Below are positions 59,512-64,000 of a stretch of 64,000 bases of DNA, piece after piece. Origin of the DNA: Synechococcus sp. (GTDB taxonomy: Bacteria > Cyanobacteriota > Cyanobacteriia > PCC-6307 > Cyanobiaceae); the NCBI GenBank assembly GCA_047285805.1, contig JBJBCN010000003.1, positions 864,001 through 928,000 of the forward strand, given 5' to 3'. Position 1 is the first letter of the stretch. Every line of letters starts with the position of its first letter. The notes below the pieces were generated by a model. It worked only from the letters and a program-made list of their open reading frames with translations. It searched no databases and was not told the DNA's origin. The translations under genes were made by a program, and so were the position numbers.

Positions 59512-62307
59512 ATGCCCAGCAGCAGCCCAACGGCCGACTCTTCAGAGGTGCCGCCCCTCGAGCAGCTGTTTCCCTTCAGCCTCGATGACTTTCAGCTGGA
59601 GGCGATTGAGGCCTTGAGCCAGGGCCACTCGGTAGTGGTGAGTGCCCCCACCGGCTCGGGCAAGACCTTGATTGGCGAGTACGCGATTCACCGCGCCCTG
59701 GCTCACGGTCAGAAGGTCTTCTACACAACGCCGCTCAAGGCCCTCTCGAACCAAAAGCTGCGGGACTTCCGCGAGCAGTTCGGGGCGGAACGCGTCGGTC
59801 TGATGACCGGGGACCTCACCGTGAATCGGGAGGCCTCCATCGTCGTTATGACCACGGAGATCTTCCGGAACATGCTCTACGCGGAAGCCGAGGCGGGCGA
59901 TGACCCCTTGGCCGACGTGGAGGCCGTGGTGCTTGACGAGTGCCACTACATGAACGACTCCCAGCGCGGGACGGTCTGGGAGGAATCGATCATTCATTGC
60001 CCGCCGTTGGTGCAGCTGGTGGCCCTCTCGGCGACGGTGGCCAATGCCGAGCAGCTGACTGATTGGATCGAGGCGGTCCACGGGCCGACCCGGCTCGTCA
60101 TGAGTGACTTCCGGCCGGTGCCACTGCAGTTCAGCTTCTGCAGTGCCAAGGGCCTTCATCCCCTGCTCAACGACGAGGGCACAGGGCTTCACCCGAACTG
60201 CAAGGTCTGGCGGGCCCCAAAAGGTCGCAACCGCCGCGGACCGAAAACCCCCAGGCCTCCGCAACCCGAGGCACCACCGCTGGCCTTCGTGGTGGCGCAG
60301 ATGGCGGAGCGGGAGATGCTGCCGGCCATCTATTTCATCTTCAGCCGACGGGGCTGTGACAAGGCCGTGCGCGATTTGGGCAAGGTCTGCCTGGTGACCC
60401 CACAGGAGCAGGCCCGCATCCAAGAGCGCCTGGATACCTTTGTAGCGGCCACCCCGGAGGCGGTGCGGGACGGCGGCCATGACGATGCCCTGTTGCGCGG
60501 AATTGCGGCCCACCACGCCGGAGTTTTGCCGGCCTGGAAGGAGTTGATCGAGGAGCTCTTCCAGCAGGGTTTGGTGAAGGTGGTCTTCGCAACCGAGACC
60601 CTGGCGGCCGGCATCAATATGCCCGCCCGCAGCACCGTGATCTCGGCGCTCTCGAAGCGAACTGAGCGGGGACACCGTCCCTTGATGGGCAGCGAGTTTC
60701 TGCAGATGGCCGGCCGAGCGGGTCGCCGCGGTCTCGACTCTCAGGGCTATGTCGTCACCGTCCAGAGCCGTTTTGAGGGTGTTCGCGAGGCTGGGCAGCT
60801 CGCCACGAGCCCTGCGGACCCCCTGGTCAGCCAGTTCACCCCTAGCTACGGCATGGTGTTAAACCTGCTGCAGCGCTACGAGCTCGCCAAGGCGAAGGAG
60901 CTTGTGGAGCGCAGTTTTGGACGTTACTTGGCCACCCTGGATCTAAGCGAGGACGAGGCCCTCATAAGCGAGCTACGTGCGCAGCTCGGCGACCTTACCG
61001 ACACCGTCGAGAACGTCGATTGGGAGGACTTCGAGGACTACGAGAAGCAGCGCGGTCGTCTGCGGGAGGAGCGCCGTCTGCTGCGGATCCTGCAGCAGCA
61101 GGCTGAAGAAACCCTGGCCCACGAACTGACCCTGGCCCTCCGCTTCGCCAGTGAGGGAACCCTGGTGAGCCTCAAGGCCCCGGTGCTGCGTGGCCGGGTC
61201 ACCCCTGCGGTGATCGTGGAGAAGCAGCAGGGTTCAGGCCAGTTCCCGCTGCTCTGTTGCCTCACCGACGAGAATGTCTGGGTGCTCGTGCCCTGCAGTG
61301 CAGTGGTCAGCCTGCACGCCGATCTCACCTGCCTGCAGGTCAAGGATGTCGCCTTGCCTGAGCTGCATCGCGCGGGGGAGCTGCGCCACGGCGACCAGGC
61401 CAGTGGCGGTTTGGCTCTGGCCGTCGGGCACATGGCCCGGCGCCACGACATGGTCACCCCCCAGTACGACTTGGCGGGCGAGGTCCAGGCCCAGGCACAT
61501 CTGGTGCGGGAGTTGGAGCTGGCTCAGGAGCTGCATCCCGCCCATGGCGCCGGCGATCGCAAAAAGCTCCGCAAACAGCGATTCCGTATGGAGGAGTTGG
61601 AGGCGGAGATCGCTGAGCGGCAGCGCGTCTTGCATTTCCGCGCCAATCGCCATTGGGAGACCTTTCTGGTACTGATCGACATCCTGCGCTTCTTCGGTTG
61701 TCTGGATGGCGACGAGGGTTTGGATCCAAGCGAGGTGGGCCGGACCGTGGCAGCTCTGCGGGGCGACAATGAGCTGTGGTTGGGGTTGGCGCTGATGAGC
61801 GGCCACCTCGATGAACTGGAGCCCGCCGACCTGGCCGCCGTGCTCGAGGCGATTTCCACGGAGGTCAATCGCCCGGATCTGTGGAGTGGCTACCCGCCGC
61901 CGCCCGCCGCCGACGAAGCCATGCACGACCTGCGCGGGATTCGCCGTGAATTGCAGCGGCAACAAGAGGCCGGCAAGGTCGTGATGCCGGTGTGGTTTGA
62001 AGGGGAACTGATGGGCCTGGTCCATGCCTGGGCCAAGGGCGTGAGCTGGAGCGACCTGATCGCCAACACCTCCCTGGATGAGGGTGATGTGGTGCGGATC
62101 ATGCGCCGCACCGTCGATCTTCTGGCCCAGATTCCCTACTGCGAGGCCATCAGCGAACAGCTGCGCACCAAGGCTCGGGCCGCCCTCAAGGCCATCAACC
62201 GCTTCCCTGTGCGGGAACCGATTGATGGGGGCGTTGCCGATGGCGACGGGGCGAATCCCGCCACCGCCCGCCAAGGCGAAGCAGCGACGCTTAATTCCGC
62301 GGCCTGA
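59512..62307 (+). CDS. Ski2/HelY-like DExH RNA helicase
   Basis: APTGSGKT, DECH, LSAT, QMAGRAGRRG, C-terminal DEGD..R. Confidence 0.93.
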   Translation: MPSSSPTADSSEVPPLEQLFPFSLDDFQLEAIEALSQGHSVVVSAPTGSGKTLIGEYAIHRALAHGQKVFYTTPLKALSNQKLRDFREQFGAERVGLMTGDLTVNREASIVVMTTEIFRNMLYAEAEAGDDPLADVEAVVLDECHYMNDSQRGTVWEESIIHCPPLVQLVALSATVANAEQLTDWIEAVHGPTRLVMSDFRPVPLQFSFCSAKGLHPLLNDEGTGLHPNCKVWRAPKGRNRRGPKTPRPPQPEAPPLAFVVAQMAEREMLPAIYFIFSRRGCDKAVRDLGKVCLVTPQEQARIQERLDTFVAATPEAVRDGGHDDALLRGIAAHHAGVLPAWKELIEELFQQGLVKVVFATETLAAGINMPARSTVISALSKRTERGHRPLMGSEFLQMAGRAGRRGLDSQGYVVTVQSRFEGVREAGQLATSPADPLVSQFTPSYGMVLNLLQRYELAKAKELVERSFGRYLATLDLSEDEALISELRAQLGDLTDTVENVDWEDFEDYEKQRGRLREERRLLRILQQQAEETLAHELTLALRFASEGTLVSLKAPVLRGRVTPAVIVEKQQGSGQFPLLCCLTDENVWVLVPCSAVVSLHADLTCLQVKDVALPELHRAGELRHGDQASGGLALAVGHMARRHDMVTPQYDLAGEVQAQAHLVRELELAQELHPAHGAGDRKKLRKQRFRMEELEAEIAERQRVLHFRANRHWETFLVLIDILRFFGCLDGDEGLDPSEVGRTVAALRGDNELWLGLALMSGHLDELEPADLAAVLEAISTEVNRPDLWSGYPPPPAADEAMHDLRGIRRELQRQQEAGKVVMPVWFEGELMGLVHAWAKGVSWSDLIANTSLDEGDVVRIMRRTVDLLAQIPYCEAISEQLRTKARAALKAINRFPVREPIDGGVADGDGANPATARQGEAATLNSAA

Positions 62308-62404
62308 GAACCAGCCAGACGATTAGGAGAAGCCCGGCGGTGCTGCCCAGCGTGTAAAGCCAGTCGGCATAGGGCGTCCAGAACAGGGCGAAAGCTGCAG
62401 TCAT
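62291..62404 (-). CDS. 37-aa single-TM protein
   Basis: MTAAFALFWTPYADWLYTLGSTAGLLLIVWLVLRPRN; fills the gap between helicase and rlmH. Confidence 0.55.
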   Translation of the reverse strand: MTAAFALFWTPYADWLYTLGSTAGLLLIVWLVLRPRN

Positions 62405-62428
62405 CGGCGTGGGTAGCGTGGCCGCGTG

Positions 62429-62863
62429 ATGAATCCGTCCCGCATCCGCATCCTTGCAGTGGGCAAGTTGCGCAAGAGCTGGGTGCTCGAGGGGGCGTCC
62501 ACCTTCCTCAAACGCATGCCGGGATTGCAGGTCCTGGAGCTCCGTGATGCTGGGATGGCCAAGGAGGCTGAGGCCATCCTGGCGACCCTGAAGCCCGACG
62601 AGCGCTTGGTGATCCTCACCCAAGAGGGACAAACGCTGGATTCGGTGGCGTTGGCCCAGCGCTTAGAGGGGTCCGGGTCGGAGCGCCTGGCCTTTGTGAT
62701 CGGCGGCGCCGAAGGGATTGACCAGGCCTTGAAGGCCCGCGCCAGTTGGCGCCTGAGCCTCTCGCCCATGACCTTTCCGCATGAACTCGCTCGGTTGCTG
62801 CTCCTGGAGCAGCTCTACCGGGCGATGACGATTCAGCAGGGCGGGCCTTATCACAAGCCCTAG
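62429..62863 (+). CDS. rlmH: 23S rRNA pseudouridine-1915 N3-methyltransferase
   Basis: [35 protein letters not shown]. Confidence 0.95.
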   Translation: MNPSRIRILAVGKLRKSWVLEGASTFLKRMPGLQVLELRDAGMAKEAEAILATLKPDERLVILTQEGQTLDSVALAQRLEGSGSERLAFVIGGAEGIDQALKARASWRLSLSPMTFPHELARLLLLEQLYRAMTIQQGGPYHKP

Positions 62864-62873
62864 AGGAAACCGA

Positions 62874-64000
62874 TCAAATTCCGAGGCGCTTCCAGATCAC
62901 ATCCAGGTTGGCCTGGTGCAGATCGGTGGAGAAGCAGTCCGCCAGTTGCTCGGTGTTAAGGCGTGAGGTCACTACGGCGTCCGCCTCCAGGTTGGCCCGG
63001 AAGTTGCCGCCCTCGGTGTTCCAGGCGGTGTGGGCGTTGCGCTGCACGATCCGGTAAGCGTCTTCGCGGCTGATGCCGGCTTCCACCAGGGCCAGCAGCA
63101 CGCGCTGGCTGAACACCACGCCGCCGTAGACATTCATGTTGCGGGCCATGTTGCCGGGGTAGACCCCGAGGCTCTTCACGACTGAGGTCATCTCCCGCAG
63201 CATGAAGTGCAGGGTTACCGAGCAATCCGGCAGCATCATCCGCTCGACTGAGCTGTGGCTGATGTCCCGCTCGTGCCAGAGGGCGCAGTTTTCGAGGGCC
63301 GCCACGACATAGCTGCGCAGCACCCGAGCGAGACCGCTGATCCGCTCGCTGCGAATTGGGTTGCGCTTATGTGGCATGGCGGAGCTGCCCTTCTGCCCCT
63401 TGGCGAAGTTCTCCTCGACCTCTAGGACGTCCGTGCGCTGGAGGTTGCGGATCTCCGTGGAGAAGCGCTCGAGGGCGGCGCCCACGAGGGCCAGGGTTTG
63501 TATGTATTCCGCGTGGCGATCGCGGGAGATCACCTGGGTGCTGGCGGTGTCGGGCACTAGGCCAAGCTTGGCGCAGGCGATCTCCTCCACGCGGGGGTCG
63601 GTGTTGGCGTAGGTGCCCATGGCACCGGAGATTTGACCGACGCTGACCGCGGTTTCCAGGCGCTCCAGGCGCTCCTGGTTGCGCACTACTTCGGCCAACC
63701 AGCCCGCGACCTTGAATCCGAATGTGATTGGTTCACCGTGGATGGCGTGAGAGCGGCCGATCATCACCGTGGCCTTGTGCTCCCGAGCAAGCACCCGCAG
63801 GGCGTCGGCCAGCAGATCGAGTTCCTGGCGCAGCAGCTTGACGGAGGCCTTCATCTGAAGGGCTACACCGGTGTCGAGGACATCGGAGCTGGTCATTCCC
63901 ACGTGGATGTGGCGACCGGCGTCACCCACGTGCTCGTTGACGTTGGTCAGGAAGGCGATCACGTCATGGCGAACCTCGGCCTCGATCTCGAGGATCCGCT
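62874..64000 (-). CDS. purB: Adenylosuccinate lyase (5' end outside window)
   Basis: RHDVIAF, TSSD, GRSH, SSAMPHKRNP. Confidence 0.96.
   Translation of the reverse strand, partial: RILEIEAEVRHDVIAFLTNVNEHVGDAGRHIHVGMTSSDVLDTGVALQMKASVKLLRQELDLLADALRVLAREHKATVMIGRSHAIHGEPITFGFKVAGWLAEVVRNQERLERLETAVSVGQISGAMGTYANTDPRVEEIACAKLGLVPDTASTQVISRDRHAEYIQTLALVGAALERFSTEIRNLQRTDVLEVEENFAKGQKGSSAMPHKRNPIRSERISGLARVLRSYVVAALENCALWHERDISHSSVERMMLPDCSVTLHFMLREMTSVVKSLGVYPGNMARNMNVYGGVVFSQRVLLALVEAGISREDAYRIVQRNAHTAWNTEGGNFRANLEADAVVTSRLNTEQLADCFSTDLHQANLDVIWKRLGI

Overview
GC-rich picocyanobacterial chromosome segment (Synechococcus/Cyanobium-like, judged from split rpoB-rpoC1-rpoC2, psbA, CP12, hli and cyanobacterial DUF synteny). 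It is almost entirely core genome: proC-plsY region, glgX, hup, gluQ, hemB, mutS2, obgE, psbA (D1:2, E130), rimP-nusA-ylxR-infB, rpiA, hisD, rpsT-tatD-rpoBC1C2-hli-rlmN, the ycf35/ferredoxin cluster, a bioF-esterase-bioC-bioD operon, a Ski2-like helicase, rlmH and partial purB, plus tRNA-Gly(TCC) and tRNA-Thr(CGT). I saw no CRISPR array, integrase, transposase, prophage or rRNA. The most unusual part is a ~2.7 kb islet between the psbA terminator and the 3' end of tRNA-Thr. It carries an acetolactate decarboxylase fused to an N-terminal ribbon-helix-helix-like domain (a candidate PutA-style enzyme/regulator), an atypical RsmE, a yeast-Fcy1-like cytosine deaminase and a DUF985 cupin. Other points: an A203D change in D1 near the P680 ligand H198, no bioA in the biotin operon, phased A-tracts upstream of hup, a 22-bp-period repeat over the psbA promoter, a structured rpoB leader, and several small ORFs the ORF track missed. 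All family calls come from motif recognition by eye, not database searches.
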